DNA of 64,000 nt from Myxococcota bacterium (GTDB lineage Bacteria; Myxococcota_A; Polyangia; Nannocystales; Nannocystaceae). The translations under genes and the position numbers were made by a program. The DNA is taken from the NCBI GenBank assembly GCA_039028615.1, contig JBCCHT010000008.1:128001-192000 (forward strand), in the 5' to 3' direction. Under the pieces are notes generated by a model. The model was given only the letters and a program-made list of their open reading frames with translations, ran no database searches and was not told the origin of the DNA. This document shows, in pieces, positions 8,439 through 19,900 of the stretch (positions within the stretch are counted from its first letter, which is position 1; each line of letters begins with the position of its first letter).

Positions 8439-9248
8439 CTAGGGCAGGCCGTCGTAGCAGACGCCGTACTCTTGCCCGCCTGCATAAACGGCAGGATCGA
8501 GCGGCACGCAGCTGTCGAGCAGCGCGGGGCAGTCGAGGATCGAGGTGCACCACGCCATGCAGTACACCGTGCCCTGCCCCGTATTGACGCAGACGAAGCC
8601 CTGACCGCACTCGGCGTCGGTCGTGCACGCGGAGTACTGCCCCCCGAGCCCGGTCGGCCCCTGGCACAGCGTGTCACCCGTGGGGCTCGGAATGCAGTGC
8701 TGCCCCGCCCCGCATACCGCCGCCGGGTTCATGGGATCGCACAGGCAGCCTTCGTCGGCCGCCCCGTTGCAGTCGTTGTCTTGCCCGTCGCAGATCTCGA
8801 TGCCCGGGCCGACCTCGCCGAGACAGGCACCCCAGGTCTCGTCGGCTCCGCAGGTCTGCATGCCGCCGACGCAGATGCCCACGTTTTGGGTCCCCGCCGG
8901 GCCGCCGTAGCAGGCCTGCGTGGCCCCGACCATGCATTCGCCGGGCATCGGAGGGTCGGGCGGAGGCTCGTCGGAATCGGACGAGTCGGTCGCGGGGTCG
9001 TCGGGGCCCGCGGTGGTGTCCATCTCGGGCATCGAGTCGGCCTGACCCGTCATCACGTCGGTATCGGCCGGAGATTCGCTCGTGCCAGTGTCCGTTCCCG
9101 CACCGTCATCGTCGTCGTCGACCGGAGGTTGGCCGGGGGGCGGACCAAAGGTCAGACCTACGCCACCGCCGTCGACGCCTTGGCTACAGGCGACCAGGCC
9201 TCCGGCGAGCAGCACCATCGGCAACGTTCTGTACGCAATCCAACCCAC
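8439..9248 (-). CDS. Cys-rich lipoprotein with MopE-related putative metal-binding repeat
   Basis: LVAC lipobox; CYGGPAGT..VGICVGG..EICDGQDNDCNGAADEG. Confidence 0.8.
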   Translation of the reverse strand: MGWIAYRTLPMVLLAGGLVACSQGVDGGGVGLTFGPPPGQPPVDDDDDGAGTDTGTSESPADTDVMTGQADSMPEMDTTAGPDDPATDSSDSDEPPPDPPMPGECMVGATQACYGGPAGTQNVGICVGGMQTCGADETWGACLGEVGPGIEICDGQDNDCNGAADEGCLCDPMNPAAVCGAGQHCIPSPTGDTLCQGPTGLGGQYSACTTDAECGQGFVCVNTGQGTVYCMAWCTSILDCPALLDSCVPLDPAVYAGGQEYGVCYDGLP

Positions 9249-9368
9249 GCAAATTCAGCATAGCCGCGTTCCCGGGTCGGCACCAATCTCCGACGACGAT
9301 GGAGTTCGATTCAGGCCGATCCGGGGTCTATAGACCTCCGATCGCGCGGCGGATCCATCCGACCCGCC

Positions 9369-9401
9369 AAAGAAAAGCGCCCGTCGTTGCCGACGAGCGC
9401 T
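9369..9401 (-). terminator. Rho-independent terminator of SNF2 gene
   Basis: Minus strand GCGCTCGTCG-GCAA-CGACGGGCGC-TTTTCTTT (GNRA loop, U-tract) just past the stop. Confidence 0.8.
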
Positions 9402-9426
9402 CTTGGGCGACGAAGGAAGGCGGCGC

Positions 9427-12400
9427 CTAGACGTTGTCCCAAGGATTCGCCGCGGGCGTGGCCAGCAGGTCCTCGATGTCTTCCATGGTGAGCTTCTTGG
9501 TGCCCGACACGTCGCGGCCCAGCGCTCCTTCGGCGATGGCCCGCTTGCGGCGACCGAGCTCGACCATCTTCTGCTCGACCGTGTCCTCGACGACGAGTCG
9601 ATAGACCATGACCGGCTTCTCCTGACCGATACGATGCGCACGGTCGGTGGCCTGATCCTCGACCGCGGGGTTCCACCAGGGGTCGTAGTGAATGACGGTG
9701 TCGGCCTCGGTCAGCGTCAGACCGCTGCCGCCCGCCTTGAGGCTGATGAGGAACACGGGCGGACCGCTGGGCTGCTGGAACTTGGAGACCAGCTCCTCAC
9801 GGTTCTTGGTGCTGCCGTGCAGCCACAGGTACTCGATGCCGAGATCGTCGAGCGTGGCGCCGAGGAGCTTCTGCATCTCGACGAACTGGGAGAACACCAG
9901 CACCTTGCGACCGGAGCCCACGCAGTCGGCGATGAGCTCTCGGAAGGCGTCGAGCTTGGCCGAAGGCGGCACGGCGGAGCCCTCGGGCAGACCGAGCAGC
10001 TTGGGATCGCAGGCGACCTGCCGCAGCCGGGTGAGCGCGGCCAAGATGGTCATCTGCGACTTCTCGATGCCCATCTCCTCGATGCGGCCGTTGATCTCGT
10101 TCTTGGCCGCCTTGAGGATGCGGTTGTACAGGCCGAGCTGGCTGCGCCCGAAGTGGACGAAGAGCGTCTGCTCGGTCTTGGGCGGCAGCTCGGAGGCGAC
10201 GTCCTCTTTCTTGCGCCGCATGACGAAGGGCCGCACGCGGACCTGCAGCGTCTCGAGCACGCGATCGTCACCGTCCTCGATGGGCTTGACGTAGTTCTTC
10301 TGGAACTCGGTGAGCTTGCCGAGGAAGCCGGGCGCCAGGAAGTCGAAGATCGCCCACAGGTCGAGCAGGTGGTTTTCCACCGGGGTACCCGACAGCGCCA
10401 GGCGATGGTCGCACTTGAGCTTCTTGGCGCTCTTGGCGGTGGAGGTGGTCCAGTTCTTGATGTACTGGGCCTCGTCGAGGATGACGTAGCGGAAGCGGAT
10501 CTTGCTCAGCTCGTCGATGTCGCGGCGCAAGATCGAGTAGCTGGTGACGACGACGTCGGTCTTCTTGAGCAGGCGGCGGTTCTCCGCCCGATCGGCGCCG
10601 TGCCAGACCAGCACCGAGAGCGTGGGCGCCCACTTTTGCACCTCTTGCTTCCACACCGAGAGCACCGAGGTCGGGCACACGATGAGCGAGGGGGCCTGCT
10701 TCTCCTCTTCTTTGGCCTTGGTCAGCAGCGCCAGCGCCTGGACCGTCTTACCGAGACCCATGTCGTCGGCGAGGATTCCGGTCATGCGGTTTTGGTGCAG
10801 CTGCCACAGCCAGGCGTAGCCGGAGCGCTGGTACTCGCGCAGCTTGGCGGTGAGCGCCTTGGCCTTGCGAGGAGCACGACCCGACTTCTCGCCGGTCATG
10901 CTCTGCATGAGCTTCTTGACCTCCTTGGCCACCTTGGGGCTGGGGACCTCGGAGAGCAGGCGGGAGAGGTTGCCCAGCTCGAGCGTGCTGATCTCGGCGT
11001 GGCCGTGCTTGTCGAACTGGATGTCGCCCGCGGCGTCGGCCACCGGCTCGAGGATCTTGGGGTCGAGCTTGACCACGCTGCCGTCGGCCAGGGTGATCCA
11101 GCGGCGCCCCTCGTGGAGCCAGCGCAGCAGGTCGCGGAAGGAGATGAGGTCTTTTTCGCCCTCGACGTCGACGATCGCCTCGACGTCGAGCACCGAGCCG
11201 TCGCCGCTGCTCACCGACACGCGCGGCGAGGGGGACTTGCTGCGGATCTTGGGCAGCTTGGGGATGCGTTTTTCCCAGGCCTCGGGCAGCAGCGGAATGC
11301 CGGTAATCAGGAACTCGATGGCCGCGTCGTCGCGCGCGGTGAAGCCCTGCTCGTTGACGTCGAATTCGAGCCCGCGACCCAGCAGGGTCTTGCGGGCGGC
11401 CGACTCGGCGTCGAGATCGCGATAAAACGAGATGGGCTGGCCGTCGATGTCGACCATGTAGCGGGGCGACTCGGGGTCTTCACCGCCGATGCCCAGCGTC
11501 ACGTTGCCGTAGGCCGCGGCGAGCGTGACCTTGATGCGTCGGGCGTCGCCCTCGATGGTGGCGACGATCTTCTCGACCTCGCGGGCATCGGAGGCGAGCG
11601 CGAACAGGTCCTGGCGGGGTACGCCGACCGTCTGGAGTCGCTCGGACAGCGAGTCCATCTGCTCCGCCCCCATCCGGCTGTCCATGACGATGCGCGGCTG
11701 CTTGGACACCGCCTCGAGCACCCACGGCGGGGTGTCGAGGATGGGGAAGATCTCGCAGGTCTTGGTCTCGATGTACCAGGTGGGCGCGCCGAGGACGATG
11801 CGCCCCTGGTCCGTCTCGAAGGTCCGACCGCTGTCGACGTGCTCGAGGAAGCCGTGCAGCTCGACCGCGCCGTCTTTGCGGGTCTCGGCCTGCACGCGCA
11901 TCACCAGCGGCTCGCTGGAGAACTTGAGCTTACCGACGCCCTTGAAGCTGACCTGCGCGTGGCGAGCGAAGTACAGCAAGCTCGCCATGGTGGGCTCTTC
12001 GAGCTCGTACGCGCCGTCGTCGGTGCGATCGACTTCCTGCTCGAGACAGTGCTGGATCATGCGGTCGGCGGGGCCGAGGCCCTCGCGACCCCGACGGCGA
12101 CCGCTGGCCGATGACCCGGCCTGAAACACGGTGACGTACCAGGAGCCCGCCCGCTGCACGATCTGATAGCGGCGCTTGCTGGCCCCGGTCGCTTGCTCGA
12201 CGTCGACGACCCAGGGGTTTTGCGTCGTCGTGATCTCGGCCCCTTGCTGGTACTGCTGACGCAGCGTCATGCCGAGAGCCACCGCGTGGTGGCAGATCTT
12301 CTCCCACCCGTCGTTGAACGTGGGGCAGGTACAGTGAGCCTCCAGCGACTTACCCACCAGCTTCAGCGAAGTGGAGTGCGGGACGGGGTGGCTGCCCTTG

Positions 12401-12552
12401 ACCTTGCCTCGAATGCAATCGCCGTCGATGACGAGATCCGAGACCGCTTTGGCCTTGTGCAACTCCTGCCCGGCCTTGACCGCCTTGGGGCTGGCGATAC
12501 GCACGAGCACCTGAGGCTCCACCAAAGGGAGAAAGCTTTCGATCTTCGACAC
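9427..12552 (-). CDS. SWIM zinc finger-SNF2 family helicase/ATPase
   Basis: CTCP..ICHH SWIM; LADDMGLGKT, ILDEAQ, LSGTPVEN, SLKAGGSGL, QATDRAHRIGQ. Confidence 0.95.
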   Translation of the reverse strand: MSKIESFLPLVEPQVLVRIASPKAVKAGQELHKAKAVSDLVIDGDCIRGKVKGSHPVPHSTSLKLVGKSLEAHCTCPTFNDGWEKICHHAVALGMTLRQQYQQGAEITTTQNPWVVDVEQATGASKRRYQIVQRAGSWYVTVFQAGSSASGRRRGREGLGPADRMIQHCLEQEVDRTDDGAYELEEPTMASLLYFARHAQVSFKGVGKLKFSSEPLVMRVQAETRKDGAVELHGFLEHVDSGRTFETDQGRIVLGAPTWYIETKTCEIFPILDTPPWVLEAVSKQPRIVMDSRMGAEQMDSLSERLQTVGVPRQDLFALASDAREVEKIVATIEGDARRIKVTLAAAYGNVTLGIGGEDPESPRYMVDIDGQPISFYRDLDAESAARKTLLGRGLEFDVNEQGFTARDDAAIEFLITGIPLLPEAWEKRIPKLPKIRSKSPSPRVSVSSGDGSVLDVEAIVDVEGEKDLISFRDLLRWLHEGRRWITLADGSVVKLDPKILEPVADAAGDIQFDKHGHAEISTLELGNLSRLLSEVPSPKVAKEVKKLMQSMTGEKSGRAPRKAKALTAKLREYQRSGYAWLWQLHQNRMTGILADDMGLGKTVQALALLTKAKEEEKQAPSLIVCPTSVLSVWKQEVQKWAPTLSVLVWHGADRAENRRLLKKTDVVVTSYSILRRDIDELSKIRFRYVILDEAQYIKNWTTSTAKSAKKLKCDHRLALSGTPVENHLLDLWAIFDFLAPGFLGKLTEFQKNYVKPIEDGDDRVLETLQVRVRPFVMRRKKEDVASELPPKTEQTLFVHFGRSQLGLYNRILKAAKNEINGRIEEMGIEKSQMTILAALTRLRQVACDPKLLGLPEGSAVPPSAKLDAFRELIADCVGSGRKVLVFSQFVEMQKLLGATLDDLGIEYLWLHGSTKNREELVSKFQQPSGPPVFLISLKAGGSGLTLTEADTVIHYDPWWNPAVEDQATDRAHRIGQEKPVMVYRLVVEDTVEQKMVELGRRKRAIAEGALGRDVSGTKKLTMEDIEDLLATPAANPWDNV

Positions 12553-12808
12553 TGTCGATCGTGATCCTGTCGATGTTGATTCGGCCGCCGTTGCGGCCTA
12601 CTGCCAGCGGACTGGGCCGCCAAAACTGTGGCTCTGCCCTCGCGAGCGGCGGTTCGAGGTCGCTGATTCGACCGGGCGGGACCGCCAGTGACGCATCCGC
12701 TGCTGCACCCACGATGATCTTCCAGAGATCACCCGCGAGCTGCGCGCAACGAACGGGGTCTAGCATGGCCGCGCACGGGGGTCTAGCCTGCCGCCCAAGG
12801 CCGCTCCG

Positions 12809-13900
12809 ATGACCCAGCAGGACACCACCAGCGCCCACGTGGATGGGCTCAACCCGAGTGACCCCGGCGTCACGATGCTCGCCCAGGCCGTCGCGGGGCA
12901 GCCAGCACGTGAGATTCTGCTCGTCTGCGGGGGCGACGTGCCCGGCGTGGGTGCGGAGGCGACCCGCTTGGTGCTCGATCTTCGCGAGCTCTCCGAAAGC
13001 CGCGCACAGGCCATTGCGGTCGGGCTCGATCCCTCCCGTGGTCTGGACCACGACTTCGGCCACGCCATCGTGTGGCCGCGATCCCACCTTGGCAAGGACT
13101 TCAGTGTCGGTTGTCTCGCCCGCGGGGCGCTCGCCCTGCGACCGGGGGGCGTGCTGTGGTGCGCCGTCCGCAAGAACAAGGGCGCCCAGAGCCTCGCCAA
13201 GGAGATCGGCGCGCTCATGGGCGAAGTCGACGTGGTGGACCGGAGTCGTGGCTACCGGCTGCTGCAGGCGCGGCGCACCGACGCCTTCGACGAGGCCAAG
13301 GCACGGCAGCTGCTCGACCAACGCTACGTCATCGAGGACCCCGCGCTGCCCGGGCTGTCACTGCAATCGGCGCCCGGCGTGTTCTCGCGTCGCGAGCTCG
13401 ATGCCGGAACGCGCGTGCTCATCGAGCATGCCGCCCGCTACGACGGGGTGCCCACGCGAGTGCTCGACCTCGGCTGCGGCGTGGGCCCGCTGGCGCTGTG
13501 GGCTGCGACGCGCTTTGGCGATGCCCGGGTGCTCGCGGTGGACAGCAACCTGCTGGCCGTGGACCTGGCGCGGGACAATGCCACTCGACACGACTTGGGC
13601 GACCGCGTGACGGTGATCGCCAGCGATGGCCTGCCCGCCGATCCGTCGGGCGCCGTGCTGGGCATGCGCGGCCGCGTAGAGCTGGCGCTGGTCAATCCGC
13701 CGACGCACGCCGAACCGGAAACGCTCGGACACTTCTCCCGGCAACTGGGACAGTGGCTCGCCCCGGGGGCGGTGGCGATGCTCGTGGTCAGCCGCGCGGG
13801 TCGAATGACCGAGCAGCTGCAGGGGGCCGGAGCCCGAGTGAAGGCCACCCCCTACGAGCGCTACACGGTGCTCGAGGCTCGGTGGACCGCGTCGACCTGA
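12809..13900 (+). CDS. Class I SAM methyltransferase, RsmC/RlmG-like
   Basis: PGVFSRRELDAGT, VLDLGCGVG, NPPTH; degenerate N-terminal MTase domain (KNKGAQS). Confidence 0.85.
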   Translation: MTQQDTTSAHVDGLNPSDPGVTMLAQAVAGQPAREILLVCGGDVPGVGAEATRLVLDLRELSESRAQAIAVGLDPSRGLDHDFGHAIVWPRSHLGKDFSVGCLARGALALRPGGVLWCAVRKNKGAQSLAKEIGALMGEVDVVDRSRGYRLLQARRTDAFDEAKARQLLDQRYVIEDPALPGLSLQSAPGVFSRRELDAGTRVLIEHAARYDGVPTRVLDLGCGVGPLALWAATRFGDARVLAVDSNLLAVDLARDNATRHDLGDRVTVIASDGLPADPSGAVLGMRGRVELALVNPPTHAEPETLGHFSRQLGQWLAPGAVAMLVVSRAGRMTEQLQGAGARVKATPYERYTVLEARWTAST

Positions 13901-14084
13901 GCGACCGCGAGCAGGAACGTTCGGCCCCGCCCCCGCAACGCCGCGGCCGCTCGCGACCCGGTGGCTCGAATTCGGGCCACTGGCTCCCGGCGTGGGTCGA
14001 ACGCCGTTTGTCTTGGGGCGCGCGCGCCTCGACGGGGTCAGGGATTCTTGGATCGAACAAGGGTAGATATGTTATTTAAGTTAC

Positions 14085-15893
14085 GTGTGGTCGCTTAGAT
14101 TTCTCAGTAGTTTGGGCATCCCCCTCGGCCTCGCTGCTGCTGCCTACGGGCTCCCCAGCACTGCGGACGCCTGCGGCGGAACGTTCTGCGACGGGGGCAA
14201 TCCCAATATGCCAGTCGACCAGACGGGCGAGGTCATCCTGTTCGCGTCGGACGGTGACTTCATCGAGGCCCACGTCCAGATCGACTACGACGGCGGAGAC
14301 GCGGAGCAGTTCGCGTGGCTGGTGCCCGTGCCCGAGGTCCCCGAGATCGAGGTCGGCTCGTGGCGCCTGGTCCAGGCCGCGCTCGACGGCACGGTGCCCG
14401 TCTACGGGTTCCAGAACAACTTCGTCTGCGACGGAGAGACCGGCGGGATCGGCTTCATCCAAGACCCCGACGGCGGAGGCGTGAGCGGCGAGGGCGAGGT
14501 CGGACCGACGGTCGTGGCCCAAGACGTGGTGGGGGCGTTCGAGTTCGCGATCTTGCAGGGCGGCAGCTCGGACACGGTCAACACCTGGCTGCTCGACAAC
14601 GGCTACGCCACCGACGACGAAGCGCCCGAGATCCTCGACACCTATATCGCCGAAGGCTCGGTGTTCGTGGCGTTTCGACTGCGGCACGGCGCGGAGGTCG
14701 AAGACATCCACCCGGTGGTGATCCGCTATCAGGGCACGGAGCCCTGCATCCCGCTGCGACTGACCCGGGTCGCGGCCCAAGAAGACATGGACATTCGCGC
14801 GCTGTTCCTCGGCGACACGCGGGTGGTGCCCACCAACTACCGACACGTGCGGCTCAACCGGGTGCGCCTGGACTGGGTGCAGCGCGGCGCCAACTACCAA
14901 GACCTGGTGAGCATGGCCGTCGACACGCCGGGCGCGGACGGGCGCGCCTTCGTCACCGAGTACGCGGGAACCTCGGACATGATCGACACCAGCGTGCTGG
15001 CGACCGATACCTACGTCAGCGGGGTGTTCGTGGACATGGCTCCGGTGAACGTCGTCACCACGCTGCAGAACCAAGGCCTCGCGTCGTGTACGACCGAGGG
15101 CTGCGAGTACCAGCACGAGCTGGTGCCGTCGTTGTTGCACGAGTTCCTGCCCGTGCCCGCGGGGGTCGCCGAGGCCGACTTCTATAGCTGCCTGAGCTGC
15201 TACGCGATGCTCATCGACCAAGAGGCATGGGACGGCGATGCCTTCGCCGCCGCCTACGACGAGCGCATCGTGGCGCCGCTGGTGCACGGCCAGGAGCTGC
15301 TGGACCTGTGGCCCTACGTGACGCGGCTTTATACCCGCATCTCGCCGCACGAGATGATCACCGACCCGATGTTCGCCGAGGTCGAAGGACTGGACGACGT
15401 GGCCAGCCGCCACGGCGCGAGCCGAGAGATCGACTGCTGCGGTGACATCATGCGACTGCCCGGCGGACGCGAGGTGACCCTGGTCGACTCGTTCACGTGG
15501 CCGACGTGGTCGAGCGAGATGCCGTGGGCGGAGCGCGTCGAAGAGTTCCCGCCCGCGGGTGGGCCCCCGATCACGCTGGTCGACGAGACGGCGAACATCG
15601 ACGCCCAGCTCGCCGCGTGGAACGCCAAGGGACCCTGCGGCGAAGAGGGCGGCACCGAAGGCGGCGTGGATACGACCGCGGGTGACGACGGCTCCGATGG
15701 CGGCGTGAGCACGACCAGCCCCAGCGGCCAGACCTCCGGCCTCGGCAGCGAAGGCAGCTCGGGACCGGGTCAGAGCGACGGCGGCGGCGACTCGGGTTGT
15801 GCCTGCACCACGAGCTCCGAGTCCGGCTCCACCCCGTGGCTGCTGGCCTTGTTCGGCCTCGGCCTGGGTGCCCTGCGTCGGAGGCGGAATTGA
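14085..15893 (+). CDS. DUF2330 protein with MYXO-CTERM sorting signal
   Basis: ACGGTFC..VDQTGEVILF, FAWLVPVP, PCIPLRLT; C-term GCACT...WLLALFGLGLGALRRRRN. Confidence 0.9.
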   Translation: MWSLRFLSSLGIPLGLAAAAYGLPSTADACGGTFCDGGNPNMPVDQTGEVILFASDGDFIEAHVQIDYDGGDAEQFAWLVPVPEVPEIEVGSWRLVQAALDGTVPVYGFQNNFVCDGETGGIGFIQDPDGGGVSGEGEVGPTVVAQDVVGAFEFAILQGGSSDTVNTWLLDNGYATDDEAPEILDTYIAEGSVFVAFRLRHGAEVEDIHPVVIRYQGTEPCIPLRLTRVAAQEDMDIRALFLGDTRVVPTNYRHVRLNRVRLDWVQRGANYQDLVSMAVDTPGADGRAFVTEYAGTSDMIDTSVLATDTYVSGVFVDMAPVNVVTTLQNQGLASCTTEGCEYQHELVPSLLHEFLPVPAGVAEADFYSCLSCYAMLIDQEAWDGDAFAAAYDERIVAPLVHGQELLDLWPYVTRLYTRISPHEMITDPMFAEVEGLDDVASRHGASREIDCCGDIMRLPGGREVTLVDSFTWPTWSSEMPWAERVEEFPPAGGPPITLVDETANIDAQLAAWNAKGPCGEEGGTEGGVDTTAGDDGSDGGVSTTSPSGQTSGLGSEGSSGPGQSDGGGDSGCACTTSSESGSTPWLLALFGLGLGALRRRRN

Positions 15894-16852
15894 TGCGGCG
15901 CCCCTTCGAAGGCCTGGTCGCGCTCGGGGCCTTGGTCCTGGCCGCGTGCGGGCCCACCACCACGCTCGACGACCCGGGTGGCGCATCGTCTTCGGGTGAC
16001 GTCGCCGACTCGGGGAGCACCAGCAACGGCTCCGTCCCGCAGCCCACCACCGCGGCCACGACGTCGACGCCCGGCACCTCGAGCATGACCACCACCGGGG
16101 CCGACAGCGGTCCTCCCGGAGGCGATGGCTACGAAGACGACGACGGCGGCACCGGTTGCACCTTCACCTGCCCGCCGCAGCCTCCACCGTCGACCACGGG
16201 CGGCGGCGGCGGGTTTTGTAACCTGGTCGATCAGAACTGCCCCGAGGGTGAAAAGTGCATGCCCTGGGCCAATGACGGGGGCATGATCTGGAACTCGATC
16301 CGCTGCTCTCCGGTCGCCGACAACCCCGGCCAACCCGGCGATCCCTGTACGGTCGAGGGCAGTCAGTGGAGCGGCATCGACGACTGTGACGTCGGCATGA
16401 TGTGCTTCGGCGTCGACCCCAAGACCAACGAGGGCTACTGCGTGTCGCTGTGTCCCGGCGGCGGCGGTGCCCAATGCGAGACCGCGCAAGAGTGCGAGAT
16501 CCAGCCGGGCGACCTCGGGCTCCCGATCTGCGTGCCCTCGTGCGATCCGACCGCGCCCGACTGCGGCGAGGGCGAAGGCTGCTTCCCGGGCGGCTCCTCG
16601 TTCACCTGCCAGCCCGCAGCCAAGATGCGCCTGGCCGTGGGCACGCCCTGCGCCGACCCGAACACGTGCGAGGCGGGCTCGATGTGTGCGTTCGCCGGGC
16701 TCGATTGCGGGCAAGCGGCGGGCGAGGGCTGCTGCGCACAGGTCTGCGATATTGGTCAGCCCGATCCTTGCCCCGATGCCCAGGCCTGCCTGCCATGGTT
16801 CGGCGGCGCCGGGGCACCGCAATGGGCCCACGTCGGCTACTGCGAGCCCTAG
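15893..16852 (+). CDS. Cys-rich lipoprotein (Nannocystaceae-type family)
   Basis: ATG overlaps upstream TGA; LAAC lipobox; QNCPEGEKCMPWANDGG..GDPC..SGIDDCD. Confidence 0.85.
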   Translation: MRRPFEGLVALGALVLAACGPTTTLDDPGGASSSGDVADSGSTSNGSVPQPTTAATTSTPGTSSMTTTGADSGPPGGDGYEDDDGGTGCTFTCPPQPPPSTTGGGGGFCNLVDQNCPEGEKCMPWANDGGMIWNSIRCSPVADNPGQPGDPCTVEGSQWSGIDDCDVGMMCFGVDPKTNEGYCVSLCPGGGGAQCETAQECEIQPGDLGLPICVPSCDPTAPDCGEGEGCFPGGSSFTCQPAAKMRLAVGTPCADPNTCEAGSMCAFAGLDCGQAAGEGCCAQVCDIGQPDPCPDAQACLPWFGGAGAPQWAHVGYCEP

Positions 16853-16962
16853 TGGGCTTTCCATAGCCGCTGGCGCAAACCCACGAACGCGTGTGTACGG
16901 GCCGCCTTGGGGCTCGTGCATCCGCCGTGGAACCTTTGTCGCCCGCGGGTGTCCTGCCCCCC

Positions 16963-19900
16963 ATGCATCGTTGGCCCGGAGTCCTTCCGTGCTGGCTGGT
17001 TGGGTGTGTCCTGTGGGTGGTCGGCTGTGCCGCGCCCTCGCCGGATGACGTCGTCGACCGAGCTGAGCCGCCTGCACCGACGCCCGCCCCCGTGCAGGCG
17101 GCTGTTTATACCCGTCAGCAAGTGAGCCCCGTGCTGACCTGGCGCGACAACCCTTCGGCCACCGTGCCCATGTCGCTCACCGCCAGCGACGGCAGCGGCC
17201 TCGACTTGGTCGCGATGAAGGCCCGGGTCGTGGTTCAAGACCCGCTGGCGCTCACCGAGCTGCACCTGACCTTCGACAACCCCGAAGCGCGTCGTCGCGA
17301 AGGTCGGTTCGAGATCGAACTGCCGCCGGGGGCCGTGCTCTCGCGGCTGGCGATGCGCATCCGCGGCGAGTGGCAAGAGGGCGAGGTCGTCGAGCGAGGC
17401 AAGGCGCGCCGCACCTACGAAACCTTCATGCACACCCGCCCCAAGGTCGATCCGGCCCTGCTCGAGCACGACACGGGCAACCGGGTGCGGGCGCGCGTGT
17501 TCCCCATCGCGCCGAACGAGCGCAAGGAGATCATCGTCTCGTTCTCGCAGCAGCTGGGCAGTGCGCCCTACCAGCTGCCGCTGCAGGGGCTGTCGACCAT
17601 CGAGGACTTCGACGCCCGGGTCGTGGTGCATACCCACGATCCCGCCGCCGACAGCAGCTCGCTGTCCGGCACGCACTCGGCCCGGCGGGTCGTCGAGCTG
17701 CGACGCAGCCACTTCACCCCCGAAAAAGACCTGGTGGTCGAGCTCGAGGGGGCGTCCGCCGCCGCGGGGCTGCACGCCGGGCCCCTGGCGGTGCTGCGGG
17801 TGCGCCCCGAAGCCGAGCGCCCCGATGCACGCCCCGGCTCGATGCTCGTGCTCTTCGACACCAGCGCCTCCGCCCAGGCCGGGTTCGAGGATCGAGCCGA
17901 GCACCTCGGTGACGCCTTGCGAGCCATGGTCACCGACGAGCCCATGCAGCTCGAGATCATGAGCTTCGACCAGGAGATCCGCACCGTCTATCGCGGCCTG
18001 GCCTCGGAGCTGCGCATCGATGCACTGGCCGACCTGATCGAAGGCCGGGCCATGGGCGCGTCGAACCTCGAAGCCGCCCTGGTCCAGGCCGCCGCCAGCA
18101 CCGATCACTGGGATCGCGTGCTGCTGGTATCCGACGGCACGCCCACCGCGGGCGAGACCGATCGCCAGGCGCTGCGTTCGGTCGCCCGCACGCTCGAGTC
18201 GGTCGGGGTGCGTCGCCTCGACGTGCTCGCCCCGGGCAGCCGCATGGATCGCGAGCGCCTCACCGACCTCAGCACCGCCCTGCCGGAGGCCGGCGTGATC
18301 CTCGACGATCGCATCGGCCCCGAGCAGGTCGCCGAGCGCTTGGTCGGCAGCCCCTTCGGCGACGTGGCCATCGAGGTCCCCGGCGCCACCTGGAGCTGGC
18401 CGCAGTCGCTCGCGGGCATCGAGCCCGGCGAAGACCTGCTCGTGTTCGCTCGCTACGAGGGCTCCACGCCGTCCCAGGTGCGCATCGACTTCGACGACCC
18501 CTCCATCGCACCGCAGCAGGTCGAGACGCTCGAGGTCGAGCGCCCCTTGGTCCAGCGCGCCTGGGCGGGGGCTCGCATCGATCGCATCGAGCACGAGATG
18601 GCCCGGCTCGCACCCGAAGACCACGCCGTGGCCGAGGCCCTGGGCGCCCGCATCGTGGAGCTGTCGACCCACTACCGGGTGCTCACCGACCGCACCGCGC
18701 TGCTGGTGCTCGAGACCGAGGCCGACTACCGCCGCTTCGGCATCGATCGCCGCGCGCGGGCCGACATCCTCACCATCGACGGCGGCTCGATCCGCGTGAA
18801 CGCGCGCGCGACCATCGAGCGGCCCGAGCCCTCCGTCGACGACGACCCCGAGCGCATCGCGATGGCGACCCGGCTCGACGGGGCTGAGTCCGATGCCATT
18901 CCCCAGCTGGCCCGCGACTTCGATCCCGAGCTGGCCGCCCGAGCCTCGGGGATCTTGAGTCAGATGCAGCAGCAGAGCGGGCACTTCATCGCTTCGCCCT
19001 ACGGCGGATCCTTCGCCGTCGGCAACGACGACGAAGACGTCTGGGGTGGCGCGCCGCCGGAGAGCCTCGGCCTCGTCGGCACCGGTCGCGGAGGCGGAGG
19101 CGTCGGCGAAGGCACCATCGGCCTGGGCAACACCGGGCTCATCGGCAAGGGCGGCGGAGGCGGCACGGGAGCGGGCTATGGCATGGCCTCGCCGGGAAAC
19201 TGGGACGACGATCCCTGGAACAACCTCGGCATCATCGGTCCCGCGCACGGCATTGGCGGCCTCGGCCCGGGCTATGGCCGAGGCTCGGGCGCGGGCTTCG
19301 GCGGCCGCGGTCGCCCCGTGCCCCAGGTGCGTCAAGGCAAGATCAAGGTCCAGGGGGCGCTCGAGCGCGACATCGTGCGAAGGATCGTCCGGCATCGGCT
19401 CAACGAGGTACGCAGCTGCTACAACAACGCCCTTCGACGCAACTCATCGGCCAAGGGCCGTGCCGATTTTCAGTTCATGATCGGGCCCGACGGTCGCGTG
19501 GTGAACTCGTTGACGGCGAGCTCGACCATCGGAGAGGACCGGATGACCAAGTGCATCAACCGGGCCATCAAGCGCTGGAAGTTCCCCAAGCTCGCCGGCG
19601 CCAACGCGCTGGTGACCATCCCCTTGACCTTCGACCCCGGCCGTCCTTCTCGGGCCCGCGCAGGGTGGGGCTGGCATCCACGGCCCCGTCGACGACGACG
19701 TCCGGCAGTGGCCGCCCACGACGGGCGCTTCGCCGAAGTCCAAAAGCACCTCACCGCCGGTCGCGTCGAGCAGGCCTATGAAATGGCGTGGAACTGGGTG
19801 GAGACCCAGCCCACCGATACGCTGGGCCTGCTGGCCTTGGGCGAGACGCTGGAGCGTCGTGGCCGACCTCGGCTCGCCGCCCGCGTGTACGGGTCGATCA

